From: an uncultured Gammaproteobacteria bacterium
Lineage (GTDB): Bacteria > Patescibacteriota > Microgenomatia > Levybacterales > GWA1-39-11
Assembly: GCA_964452165.1 (NCBI GenBank)
Contig: CAYVKP010000001.1
Coordinates: 490,729-554,728 of the forward strand
Length of the DNA stretch: 64,000 bases
Direction: 5' to 3'
Part shown: one piece after another, positions 40,169 to 48,197 of the stretch
Numbering within the stretch: the stretch's first letter is position 1
How the letters are laid out: each line of letters starts with the position of its first letter
The notes under the pieces: model-generated
The model's input: the letters and a program-made list of their open reading frames with translations, nothing else
Databases searched by the model: none
Told to the model about the DNA's origin: nothing
Position numbers and translations under genes: made by a program

Positions 40169-41323
40169 ATGGGTATTAATAAAGATGATTATAGAAAAGT
40201 AAACTATAGGTACAACGGTCAACACTTATATTTTTCAAAAAACCACGTTTTTCATCTCCACTTCAAGCATAGAAGAAGGACTTTTAAATTTCCATACCAT
40301 AAGAATTTACTCGACTTTTTAAAAGATAACCCAGAATGGAATGTATTTTTTACTGCGGATATTTCTATTAAGCCGTTTAAACGGTACGGAAACGATTTTT
40401 TGATAAATATCGATTCGTATTTGGAATTTTGTGAATCAATGCAAGGCAAGACAGACGGCCGTGCAAAGGCATTTCTTGGGCAAAACTTGAAATTGATTGA
40501 TATTGCTACTTCACAGGAGGAGAAAGACGATTTTATTAAAGTCAATGCAAACGAAAAAAATATATTGGGAGCGATTAAAAGTCTAAATGAAGAAAGCAAA
40601 AAAAATATAGTTCAAGAATTAAGCAAGTTTGAAGTGTCCCGGGTAGACAGTGAAATTAGTTCTGAAAAGTTTGCAGCAACTTTTGTTAAATTTTTGACAG
40701 ATAAAAATGTACAACAAGTTTTGTTCGACAATTTACCGAGGATTCAAATAGAGACTTTAAAAAGTCATATAGATTTTTTGGAGAAAGCTTTAGGTCATAA
40801 TGAAACCTACGTTCAAGAATGGATTGATGAAGAGAATGGCAAATACAGAAAACAGCGATGTCTCATCTTTGGCATAGAGTTTGTTGACCCCAAACGAGAA
40901 GGTAAGTTGAACGAGAAGCGTTTTGATATTCTTGCAGAGCAAAATAGAGAGAGTCACATACTTATCGAACTGAAGTCTCCGGGTCATAATATATTTGACA
41001 TTAAAGAAACCCCAAATAAGAACGGTGGTGTTAGTACGCAATATACAATCTCAACTCATCTTTCTAGGGCTATACCTCAAATTTTAGGATATAAAGACTG
41101 GTATGAGAGCGCGAGCTTAGAAGAAATTCAGGCGCTAGGGATTGAAAGCAAACGGTCTATTTCAAAATGCATCATCGTTATTGGACAAAATAAACAAGAT
41201 AACGTATGGAGAGAAAACTTTCGCCGTCTCAAAGCAAATATAAACATAGAGGTTCTGACATATAATGATTTAATAGATAAACTAAAAAACTCCATCAAGA
41301 ATTTAGAGGAAAATCTTAACTAG
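40169..41323 (+). CDS. Hypothetical protein embedded in the R-M operon; candidate PD-(D/E)xK nuclease with Shedu (DUF4263)-like architecture
   Basis: The C-terminal region RFDILAEQNRESHILIELKSP gives D-x13-E-x-K, followed by QILGY and a conserved-looking KCIIVIGQN block. The N-terminal ~230 aa is a Lys/Glu-rich variable domain. The gene is 1 nt after hsdM and 2 nt before hsdS. Confidence 0.4.
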   Translation: MGINKDDYRKVNYRYNGQHLYFSKNHVFHLHFKHRRRTFKFPYHKNLLDFLKDNPEWNVFFTADISIKPFKRYGNDFLINIDSYLEFCESMQGKTDGRAKAFLGQNLKLIDIATSQEEKDDFIKVNANEKNILGAIKSLNEESKKNIVQELSKFEVSRVDSEISSEKFAATFVKFLTDKNVQQVLFDNLPRIQIETLKSHIDFLEKALGHNETYVQEWIDEENGKYRKQRCLIFGIEFVDPKREGKLNEKRFDILAEQNRESHILIELKSPGHNIFDIKETPNKNGGVSTQYTISTHLSRAIPQILGYKDWYESASLEEIQALGIESKRSISKCIIVIGQNKQDNVWRENFRRLKANINIEVLTYNDLIDKLKNSIKNLEENLN

Positions 41324-41325
41324 AA

Positions 41326-42459
41326 ATGAAAAACAATTGGCCTGTGAAAAAGTTGGGAGAAGTAGCAGAGGTCTACGGAGGCGGAACCCCTCGACGATCA
41401 ATCTCAGAGTATTGGGATAATGATGTGCCTTGGTTGACAATGGAAGACATAAACTCAAAATTTTATGTTGGCGGTACGGTTCAATACATATCTAATTTAG
41501 GACTTGAGAAGAGCAACGCTCAGCTAGTGCCTTCAGGAAGCGTAGTAATAAGTTCCACTGCGTCAGTAGGAAATGTCGCTATTAATACTATTCCATTGGC
41601 AACTAACCAGCAATTTAATTCATTTCATCCAAAGGAAGCTCTTAATGCAGAATTCTTGGCATATTATTTGATCTTCGATAAAGAAAGAATAAAACGATTG
41701 GGAGGATCTACCACTTTCCAGTTCATAAGCAAGACTACGATTTCAAACTATGGAATTCCTATCCCCCCGATGATTATTCAGAAAAAAATTGTTGAGAAGT
41801 TGGATACGGTAAGACGAGTGCAAGAGCTTTGTGATCAGGAAATCCAAAAAATTGAAGAGCTTATTGAATCAGTAGTTTTCAAATACGTGCAAAATTCAAT
41901 ATCTAATAGGGCTAAATTGGGGGAAGTTTGCAAATATGAGGGAGGAACTCAACCTCCAAAATCAACGTTTATTTCCACATTAAAAGAAGGATATATTCGT
42001 CTTCTTCAGATCAGAGACTATAAAAGTGATAAAGATGCCGTTTATATCCCAGTTAAGGAACGTCATAAGACATGTACTGAAGATGATATTATGATAGGAA
42101 GGTACGGTCCTCCAGTTTTTCAAATTTTAAGAGGTAAAGTAGGAGCATATAACGTTGCCTTAATCAAATGCAACCCCGATAAAAAATTTCTACTGAATGA
42201 TTGGTTATTCTATTTTCTCAGAACTACACCCGTACAGGACAAAATTATTGGTCTTTCAATGAGAGCGAGACAATGGGGAGTAAATCCTGCTGATTTAGAT
42301 AATCTTGAAATACCCCTTCCAAGCCTAAGTGAACAGCAAGAGGTTATCGAAAAGCTTAATGCGATACAGGAGCATAAAAAACTTTTGCTGCGAGAGAGAG
42401 AACTTCTCAAAGAACTCTTTGATTCAGTTTTGAATAAGTGCATGAGAGGTGAAGTCTAA
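41326..42459 (+). CDS. hsdS: Type I restriction-modification system S (specificity) subunit, two target-recognition domains
   Basis: Two repeats of the TRD-flanking conserved block (KKLGEVAEVYGGGTP... and AKLGEVCKYEGGTQP...), with coiled-coil conserved regions between them. Confidence 0.8.
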   Translation: MKNNWPVKKLGEVAEVYGGGTPRRSISEYWDNDVPWLTMEDINSKFYVGGTVQYISNLGLEKSNAQLVPSGSVVISSTASVGNVAINTIPLATNQQFNSFHPKEALNAEFLAYYLIFDKERIKRLGGSTTFQFISKTTISNYGIPIPPMIIQKKIVEKLDTVRRVQELCDQEIQKIEELIESVVFKYVQNSISNRAKLGEVCKYEGGTQPPKSTFISTLKEGYIRLLQIRDYKSDKDAVYIPVKERHKTCTEDDIMIGRYGPPVFQILRGKVGAYNVALIKCNPDKKFLLNDWLFYFLRTTPVQDKIIGLSMRARQWGVNPADLDNLEIPLPSLSEQQEVIEKLNAIQEHKKLLLRERELLKELFDSVLNKCMRGEV

Positions 42460-42473
42460 ATTTTCATTCTCCT

Positions 42474-42482
42474 TGGTATAAT
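42474..42482 (+). promoter_or_regulatory. Extended -10 promoter element TGGTATAAT upstream of tag
   Basis: Exact TGnTATAAT in the 61-bp hsdS–tag spacer. Confidence 0.35.
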
Positions 42483-42520
42483 TTATGGGATGACTCAATT
42501 GGGTTGAATAATTCCAGAAT

Positions 42521-43012
42521 TTGAGTTATCATCGCTTTATGCCGTGGGATCCTAAAAATCACCCCAAGATGTCCATTCCAAAAAACGAAGACGAATATTT
42601 TGAGGTCATGTCCCGTGTAGTATTCTCTACGGGTCTTAACTGGAACGTTATCAATAAAAAATGGCCGGGTATAAAAGCGGCTCTTTCGAATTTTTCAGCT
42701 GAAAAAGTAGCAAATTATAAAGCCACAGCCGTTGAAGAGCTACTCCAAGACGAGCGTATGATAAGAAGTGCTTCCAAAATCAATGCAGTTATCAAGAATG
42801 CAGGTGCAATACTTTCAGTGAAAAAGGAATTCGGATCCTTTAAAAAATATCTCGATCAAACGAAGAAGATGGGAGCCGAAGAATTACTTGGGGATCTCAA
42901 GAAAAGATTTTCGTATCTTGGTGAGTCAACCGCCCTCATGTTTCTTTATGGAGCAGGAGAGCAAACAAGTGAACTCGATAAAATAATGCGAACGCGTCAC
43001 AAGGGAAAATAG
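42521..43012 (+). CDS. tag: DNA-3-methyladenine glycosylase I
   Basis: EYFEVMSRVVFSTGLNWNVINKKWPGIKAALSNF...DERMIRSASKINAVIKNA is colinear with Tag (FE..clE..QAGLSW..vL.KR..yR.aF..F...IIRhrgKI.A.I.NA). Confidence 0.65.
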   Translation: MSYHRFMPWDPKNHPKMSIPKNEDEYFEVMSRVVFSTGLNWNVINKKWPGIKAALSNFSAEKVANYKATAVEELLQDERMIRSASKINAVIKNAGAILSVKKEFGSFKKYLDQTKKMGAEELLGDLKKRFSYLGESTALMFLYGAGEQTSELDKIMRTRHKGK

Positions 43013-43030
43013 ACCTACCAACATCAAGCA

Positions 43031-43618
43031 ATGAAGACGTGGATTATTCTTACAATTTTATTTCTTGCTGGGGTTGCGGGTTTTGTGATACTATCTCATC
43101 AGAAACCGGAGCTTAAAAAAGAGCTACCGACTCCCGCCCAAACAAAGAATGCCATGAAGATAACAAGTCCTGCTTTTGAAAACAACCAACCCATTGATTC
43201 AAAATATTCCTGCGATGGGGAAGGAGTAAATCCGCCGCTTGAGTTTCACGACATCCCCCAAGATGCAAAAAGCCTGGTTTTAATAATGGAAGACCCGGAT
43301 GTACCAAAAAATCTCAAGCCTGACGGAATGTTTGATCATTGGGTGGTATTTAATATGCCGTCAACGACAACTTCAGTTACCGAGAATTCTACACCGCCGG
43401 GCGTTGTTGGTAAAAATGGCGCGGGACAAAATGGTTACGCCGCCGCTTGTCCTCCGGACCGCCAACACAGATACTTCTTCAAGCTTTTTGCTTTAGACTC
43501 AATGTTGATGCTTGATGAGGCTGCGGACAAAAAAGCCGTTGTTGATGCAATGGAAGGCCACGTCAAGGCATCAGCGGAGCTCATAGGCCTTTACAACCGT
43601 CCCCAAAATTCCAAGTAG
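43031..43618 (+). CDS. YbhB/YbcL-family PEBP (Raf-kinase-inhibitor-like) protein, exported
   Basis: N-terminal TM/signal. YSCDGEGVNPPLEF...DPDVP...DHWVVFNMP...HRYFFKLFALD are PEBP-family motifs. Confidence 0.7.
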   Translation: MKTWIILTILFLAGVAGFVILSHQKPELKKELPTPAQTKNAMKITSPAFENNQPIDSKYSCDGEGVNPPLEFHDIPQDAKSLVLIMEDPDVPKNLKPDGMFDHWVVFNMPSTTTSVTENSTPPGVVGKNGAGQNGYAAACPPDRQHRYFFKLFALDSMLMLDEAADKKAVVDAMEGHVKASAELIGLYNRPQNSK

Positions 43619-43707
43619 GAAACAGGAATCTCCATCTTATCCATTATATCTACTTGTTATTTTGATCCAACGTTCCATGGAATATTGGAATGTGATAATA
43701 TAAATTT

Positions 43708-43977
43708 ATGTTAAAAAAAAGAGCTCTTGAGAGAATAGTCAGGTCTTTTGGGAATCATAGGAGAATAGAGATGCTTGACTTGCTTTCTAAAAATCCCGAA
43801 CTCAACCTAACAGATATTGCATCGAGTTTCAAAATTAATATACAAACAGCCAGTGAGCATGTAAGAAAGCTCACTATTTCAGGTCTTGTAATGAAGAAAA
43901 GTCAGGGTAGAAATATCCGCCATAAATTAACAAAAAGAGGATCAAATGTTCTAACGTTCTTACAATCATTAGACTGA
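43708..43977 (+). CDS. ArsR/SmtB-like winged-helix transcriptional regulator
   Basis: RIEMLDLLSKNPELNLTDIASSFKINIQTASEHVRKLTISGLVMKKSQGRNIRHKLTKRG matches the ArsR HTH consensus (R..IL..L....V.DL......S...VS.HL..L...GLV). Confidence 0.6.
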   Translation: MLKKRALERIVRSFGNHRRIEMLDLLSKNPELNLTDIASSFKINIQTASEHVRKLTISGLVMKKSQGRNIRHKLTKRGSNVLTFLQSLD

Positions 43978-43980
43978 GTT

Positions 43981-44358
43981 ATGAATATTAGGGAGATTTA
44001 TTATATGTTCGATGGTAAGTTGGTGGGGAATCGGCGTATGAAGAATTACGTTTGTAAGGTTGTTCAAAAAATGCCACCTTACTTAATTAGTTTGATAACG
44101 GAAAAGTGTTGGTTTATGGCGTCAATGGACGATGCGTATGGTTTTACTTTTACCGGTAATGATTTACGTGATCAACACCTAATATTCCTGAGTGATGATT
44201 TGTTCCGCCAAAGCGAAAATCAGATTTACTACACCATAGCCCATGAGATAGGTCACGTAATTTTGGGTCATCGTAATTCAACAACTACCCGCCAGACAAA
44301 AGACGAAGTTCGCAGGCAAGAAAAAGAAGCAGATGAATTTGCGAAAAAATACGTTTAG
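43981..44358 (+). CDS. ImmA/IrrE-family (DUF955-like) zinc metallopeptidase, small
   Basis: HEIGHVILGH (HExxH) followed by EKEADEFA, which parallels the E.EAN.FA third-ligand motif of ImmA/IrrE. It starts 4 nt after the HTH gene. Confidence 0.5.
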   Translation: MNIREIYYMFDGKLVGNRRMKNYVCKVVQKMPPYLISLITEKCWFMASMDDAYGFTFTGNDLRDQHLIFLSDDLFRQSENQIYYTIAHEIGHVILGHRNSTTTRQTKDEVRRQEKEADEFAKKYV

Positions 44359-44693
44359 AATCCCGCGTTTTGATATTGGTCTATCTGCTTTGTTATGTTT
44401 TTGTTAACGGAGGACATTATCCCAAAACTTAACCAAATGGTTACGACAGTTGATAGAATTGTTAAAACTATTGCAATTATTCCCACGGTTTTTACTTTCT
44501 GATCTTTTTGTCTTATGTATCTTACTCCCGGCCAAAGACCTAGCGGAGGAAGGAGAACGCTCAAAAGATATATGCTAATTTTTTTACCAGTTGTCATAAC
44601 AATGGGTGCATCTTTTATTTTCTTGCCGCAGTTGGGGCAAAAATAATCGGTATCTTTTATTTGTGCTTTGCAGTTGGGGCAAACGTTATTCAT
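44355..44693 (-). CDS. Zinc-ribbon membrane protein (CxxC...CxxC + 2 TM)
   Basis: MNNVCPNCKAQIKDTDYFCPNCGKKIKD, then two hydrophobic helices. Convergent with the ImmA-like gene (4-nt overlap). Confidence 0.4.
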   Translation of the reverse strand: MNNVCPNCKAQIKDTDYFCPNCGKKIKDAPIVMTTGKKISIYLLSVLLPPLGLWPGVRYIRQKDQKVKTVGIIAIVLTILSTVVTIWLSFGIMSSVNKNITKQIDQYQNAGF

Positions 44694-44775
44694 AAGATAA
44701 GCATCTCATACCACCCCATCAAGTTCAACCTCGTGAGTAATTGTTTGTTCGTGGTGGCTTTGATATACTAGGCTC

Positions 44776-46134
44776 GTGGATAATTTATTTGATAAAGTTA
44801 CTTCTCTTGCCAAGCGCCGCGGTTTTATTTACCCCTCATCTGATATTTACGGCGGTCTTGCCAACACGTGGGATTTTGGACCCGTCGGTACACTTCTTAA
44901 AAATAATATTCGCGATCTTTGGTGGAAAAAATTTGTTTTAGATCGCGATGATATGGTAGGACTTGATGCATCTATTTTTCTTTCTTCAAAAGTGTGGGAA
45001 GCATCTGGTCACGTTTCAAACTTTACCGACGCATTAATTGATTGTAAGAATTGTCACTTTAGGACGCGCGCAGATCATCTAATTGAAGATAATGTTCCTG
45101 ACAAAAAAGTTGAGGGGCTTCCAGTTGAAGAGTTGACCAGTATAATTCACGAAAATAATATTAAGTGTCCCAAATGCGGAAAAGTAGACTGGACGCAGGT
45201 TCGCCGGTTTAATCTGCTTTTCGAATCTTCAGTTGGAATAATTGAGGAGGGAAAATCAAAGGTTTACTTGCGAGGCGAAATTGCTCAGGGAATTTTTATC
45301 AATTTTAAAAATGTTCTTAACACTTCGCGAGTTCGCATACCGTTCGGTATCGCTCAGGTTGGGAAGGCTTTTAGAAATGAAATAACTTTGGGCCAGCTTG
45401 TCCATAGGACTTTGGAATTTGACCTCATGGAGTTTGAATATTTTATAAAACCTGAGATGTGGGAAGAAAAGTTCGATTACTTTAAAAACGAGATGTGGGA
45501 ATTTACAAAAGAGCTGGGTCTTAATTCTGAAAATCTGCGCTGGCGAGAACATGAGGAATTTGAGCGCTCTCATTATTCCAAGCGCACGATGGACATTGAG
45601 TATAAATATCCATTCGGTTTTAAAGAGATGTTTGGAATTGCATACAGAACGGATTTTGACCTTAAAAATCATCAGGAAAATTCCGGAAAGGATTTGTCAT
45701 ACACGGATCCGTTCACAAATGAAAAATATATTCCTCATGTCATTGAGCCGACATTCGGACTTTCTCGTTTGGTTGGAATAGTATTGTTCGATTCTTATTT
45801 TGAAGATGGAGAACGAGTAGTTTTAAAACTTGATCCCAAAGTTGCGCCATATAAGGCCGCGGTATTTCCACTTCTTGCCAACAAGCCTGAGCTCGTTGAG
45901 CGTGCACGCAGTATATATAGTAAGCTACGCACGGCTGGCTTGTACGCAGCTTGGGACGAGCGTGGCAATATTGGTAAACGCTATTTTGCTCAGGATGAGA
46001 TAGGTACTCCTTATTGCATAACCGTAGACTTTCAAACTCTTGAGGATGGGACAGTAACTGTTCGCGACCGCGATACCGCTACACAAGAAAGAATCTCGGA
46101 AGATAAACTCCAAGCCTACATTGTAAGAAAATAG
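44776..46134 (+). CDS. glyQS: Glycine--tRNA ligase (dimeric alpha2 type, class II aaRS)
   Basis: N-terminal LAKRRGFIYPSSDIYGGLANTWDFGPVG...NIRDLWWKKFV matches the alpha2-type GlyRS start. Size is 452 aa. Confidence 0.8.
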   Translation: MDNLFDKVTSLAKRRGFIYPSSDIYGGLANTWDFGPVGTLLKNNIRDLWWKKFVLDRDDMVGLDASIFLSSKVWEASGHVSNFTDALIDCKNCHFRTRADHLIEDNVPDKKVEGLPVEELTSIIHENNIKCPKCGKVDWTQVRRFNLLFESSVGIIEEGKSKVYLRGEIAQGIFINFKNVLNTSRVRIPFGIAQVGKAFRNEITLGQLVHRTLEFDLMEFEYFIKPEMWEEKFDYFKNEMWEFTKELGLNSENLRWREHEEFERSHYSKRTMDIEYKYPFGFKEMFGIAYRTDFDLKNHQENSGKDLSYTDPFTNEKYIPHVIEPTFGLSRLVGIVLFDSYFEDGERVVLKLDPKVAPYKAAVFPLLANKPELVERARSIYSKLRTAGLYAAWDERGNIGKRYFAQDEIGTPYCITVDFQTLEDGTVTVRDRDTATQERISEDKLQAYIVRK

Positions 46135-46179
46135 GTCAACCTATTGACATTTTGTTAAATTTTTATAAAACTAGACTTA

Positions 46180-46995
46180 ATGGCAAATGCCATAGTAGAG
46201 CGACCACGCACATCACCAGTAGGTCTTCTAAAAGCTCCCCAGCAGCGAACTCCCATTCCGGAAACTTTTCTTAGAGAATTTTCTGCAGACTCTGGACAGG
46301 TGGTTCCATCAACCCCCCCCGATCCCAGAACTGACGCTGAGATAACTACTGACTATATCAAAACCAGAAGGAGACTTAATAAAAGCATGTACGACCCTCA
46401 CTATGGTGAGTCTCAGGGTGCATTGATGCACGAAGTCTGGTTAACCGCAAAAACTATGAGAGGGAGAGGAATGGACGTTCCATCGGTTCCGTATAACGGT
46501 CCCGGTGCAATATCCATGAAAGACAGACAGAATTATCGTTTTATTCACCCTATCGGTTCTCCAATGCCAAACGATTTTGGTAGAGGCTTGCCTGATCAGG
46601 GAGGGCACATCGATAGAATGAAATCATCTTTTGAAGGTTTCGAGTTTCGAGTAGAAAATAAGGAAGGAGAGCAGGCAGTTGTTGACGTAGGAAGTCTAAT
46701 TGCTGCGTCGGGAGAACCTACTATTGGGGATTCGGCTCCGGACGCTAAGACAAAGGTAAAAATTTACCCGACCGGAGAAAAAACAGAAAGCGAAAGTGCC
46801 TATCCATGGAAGGATGCGGTAGAGGAGGGCCTGGTGTGGCGTTACAAAACATCCTTACACGAAATGACACAACTGAGACAACTAAGAGGTCCGCGAACTC
46901 AGGAACAAGAGGATTCTTTCAGAGCGGCTTTTCGAAAATCTTCGGCAATGAAAAAAGTGATCGACCGTAAGGGGATAGACTTGACTCGTATGTAG
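46180..46995 (+). CDS. Hypothetical soluble protein (GC-atypical)
   Basis: 271-aa ORF with no TM segment and no motif I recognise. Nucleotide composition is visibly more GC-rich than its neighbours. Confidence 0.35.
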   Translation: MANAIVERPRTSPVGLLKAPQQRTPIPETFLREFSADSGQVVPSTPPDPRTDAEITTDYIKTRRRLNKSMYDPHYGESQGALMHEVWLTAKTMRGRGMDVPSVPYNGPGAISMKDRQNYRFIHPIGSPMPNDFGRGLPDQGGHIDRMKSSFEGFEFRVENKEGEQAVVDVGSLIAASGEPTIGDSAPDAKTKVKIYPTGEKTESESAYPWKDAVEEGLVWRYKTSLHEMTQLRQLRGPRTQEQEDSFRAAFRKSSAMKKVIDRKGIDLTRM

Positions 46996-47019
46996 TTTTC
47001 TGTTTAAGATATATCAGTA

Positions 47020-47523
47020 ATGGATTTTTTCAAGAAAAATAAAATAGCAGTAGTAATAGTTATTGTAATAGTCGTTGTTGTGGGCGGATTCTTAGTTCTT
47101 AAAAAAGGTGGGAGTCAAACCGCGAATACTCCCTCTGAACAACAACAGAAGGTCAAGCAATTGAAGCCTGAAGATATAGGACTCGTGCTTTCACTGCGGG
47201 ATGATAAAAAGGCGGTAGAACTTAAGGCATCAAAGCTTAACGGCGTTAAAAGCATTGAATATGAGGTATCGTACAACGCAAAAAATACAGATCCGGTGGG
47301 CGACAGCGAGGACGGTGCTACGGGTGATATTCCAAGGGGAGTTGTTGCATCTCCCATCGACATAAATGGACAATCAGAGATCTCAAAAGAAATACTTCTC
47401 GGTACTTGCTCGCGTAACGTATGTAAGTACGACGATGTTACTTCAGATATAAAATTCATTATAAAAGTTAACTACACAAACGGCGAAGTTGGTAGTATTG
47501 AGACTTCACTCCCCGTTAAATAA
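47020..47523 (+). CDS. Hypothetical membrane-anchored protein
   Basis: N-terminal TM (IAVVIVIVIVVVVGGFLVL), then a ~140-aa extracytoplasmic domain with no recognisable motif. Confidence 0.35.
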   Translation: MDFFKKNKIAVVIVIVIVVVVGGFLVLKKGGSQTANTPSEQQQKVKQLKPEDIGLVLSLRDDKKAVELKASKLNGVKSIEYEVSYNAKNTDPVGDSEDGATGDIPRGVVASPIDINGQSEISKEILLGTCSRNVCKYDDVTSDIKFIIKVNYTNGEVGSIETSLPVK

Positions 47524-47572
47524 TCTTCTCAATTTAAGTTTTCACAAATACTTTTCACATTTAGTGTTTTCG

Positions 47573-47660
47573 GTTAGACATAGCCACTATTTTGGTATAA
47601 ATACCTCTTGACGCGGTGTGAAAATTGATGCAAAATGGGAAAAGATGGGAAAAAGTGGGA
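47573..47660 (+). promoter_or_regulatory. mraZ/dcw promoter region with three MraZ-type direct repeats (TGGGA every 10 bp)
   Basis: Candidate -35 TTAGAC (47574..47579) and extended -10 TGGTATAAA (47593..47601). An alternative is TTGACG (47608..47613) + CAAAAT. TGGGA repeats sit at 47636..47640, 47646..47650 and 47656..47660 (ATGGGAAAAG/ATGGGAAAAA/GTGGGATACA), matching the TGGGN-N5 operator architecture described for E. coli MraZ. Confidence 0.55.
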
Positions 47661-47750
47661 TACAACTTCGATTAAGAATCTAAAAAAGTAAGTTTTAGTT
47701 CGGCAGAACAGGAAGAGAGCCACCTCTCTTAATCCTTGGTGGACAAGACT

Positions 47751-48197
47751 ATGTTAATAGGACAATATGAAGCGAAAATTGATGAAAAAGGTAGGACGGC
47801 GCTCCCGAAGAAATTCAGGGAAGTCCTGGGCGATAATATCATTCTTACTCTAGGTTATGAAAATTCACTTATCATCGTATCAAAAGACTTATGGAGCAAT
47901 CTCCTCGAGGGAACGGCCGGAAGACCTTTTATTGAGTATGAGACGCGTGAAACTCAGCGTTTCCTCCTCGGAGGCGCAACCGAGGCTGCGCTCGATAGTA
48001 AAGGCCGCTTTATATTACCAGCGTATTTACGAGAATTTGCAAAAGTTTCAGACGAGGTTGTGTTCTTAGGCTTGTCAAGGTACGTTGAGGTGTGGGATAA
48101 GAAGCGTTGGCAAGAGTATCGGGAGAATTTAGAGGAGAATATCGAAGGGATTTCAAAAAGATTGGTAGATAAGAAAGATAAGGAGCGGAATGGATAA
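47751..48197 (+). CDS. mraZ: Transcriptional regulator MraZ
   Basis: MLIGQYEAKIDEKGRTALPKKFRE... and a second half GRFILPAYLREFA show the two MraZ (DUF?/SpoVT-AbrB-like) repeats. Start is placed at ATG 47751; the ORF track begins at an upstream TTG. Confidence 0.85.
   Translation: MLIGQYEAKIDEKGRTALPKKFREVLGDNIILTLGYENSLIIVSKDLWSNLLEGTAGRPFIEYETRETQRFLLGGATEAALDSKGRFILPAYLREFAKVSDEVVFLGLSRYVEVWDKKRWQEYRENLEENIEGISKRLVDKKDKERNG

Noticed and set aside
44741-44941. 66-aa ORF overlapping the glyQS start
   Set aside because: It is an out-of-frame overlap with a high-confidence aaRS N-terminus. It is hydrophobic nonsense.
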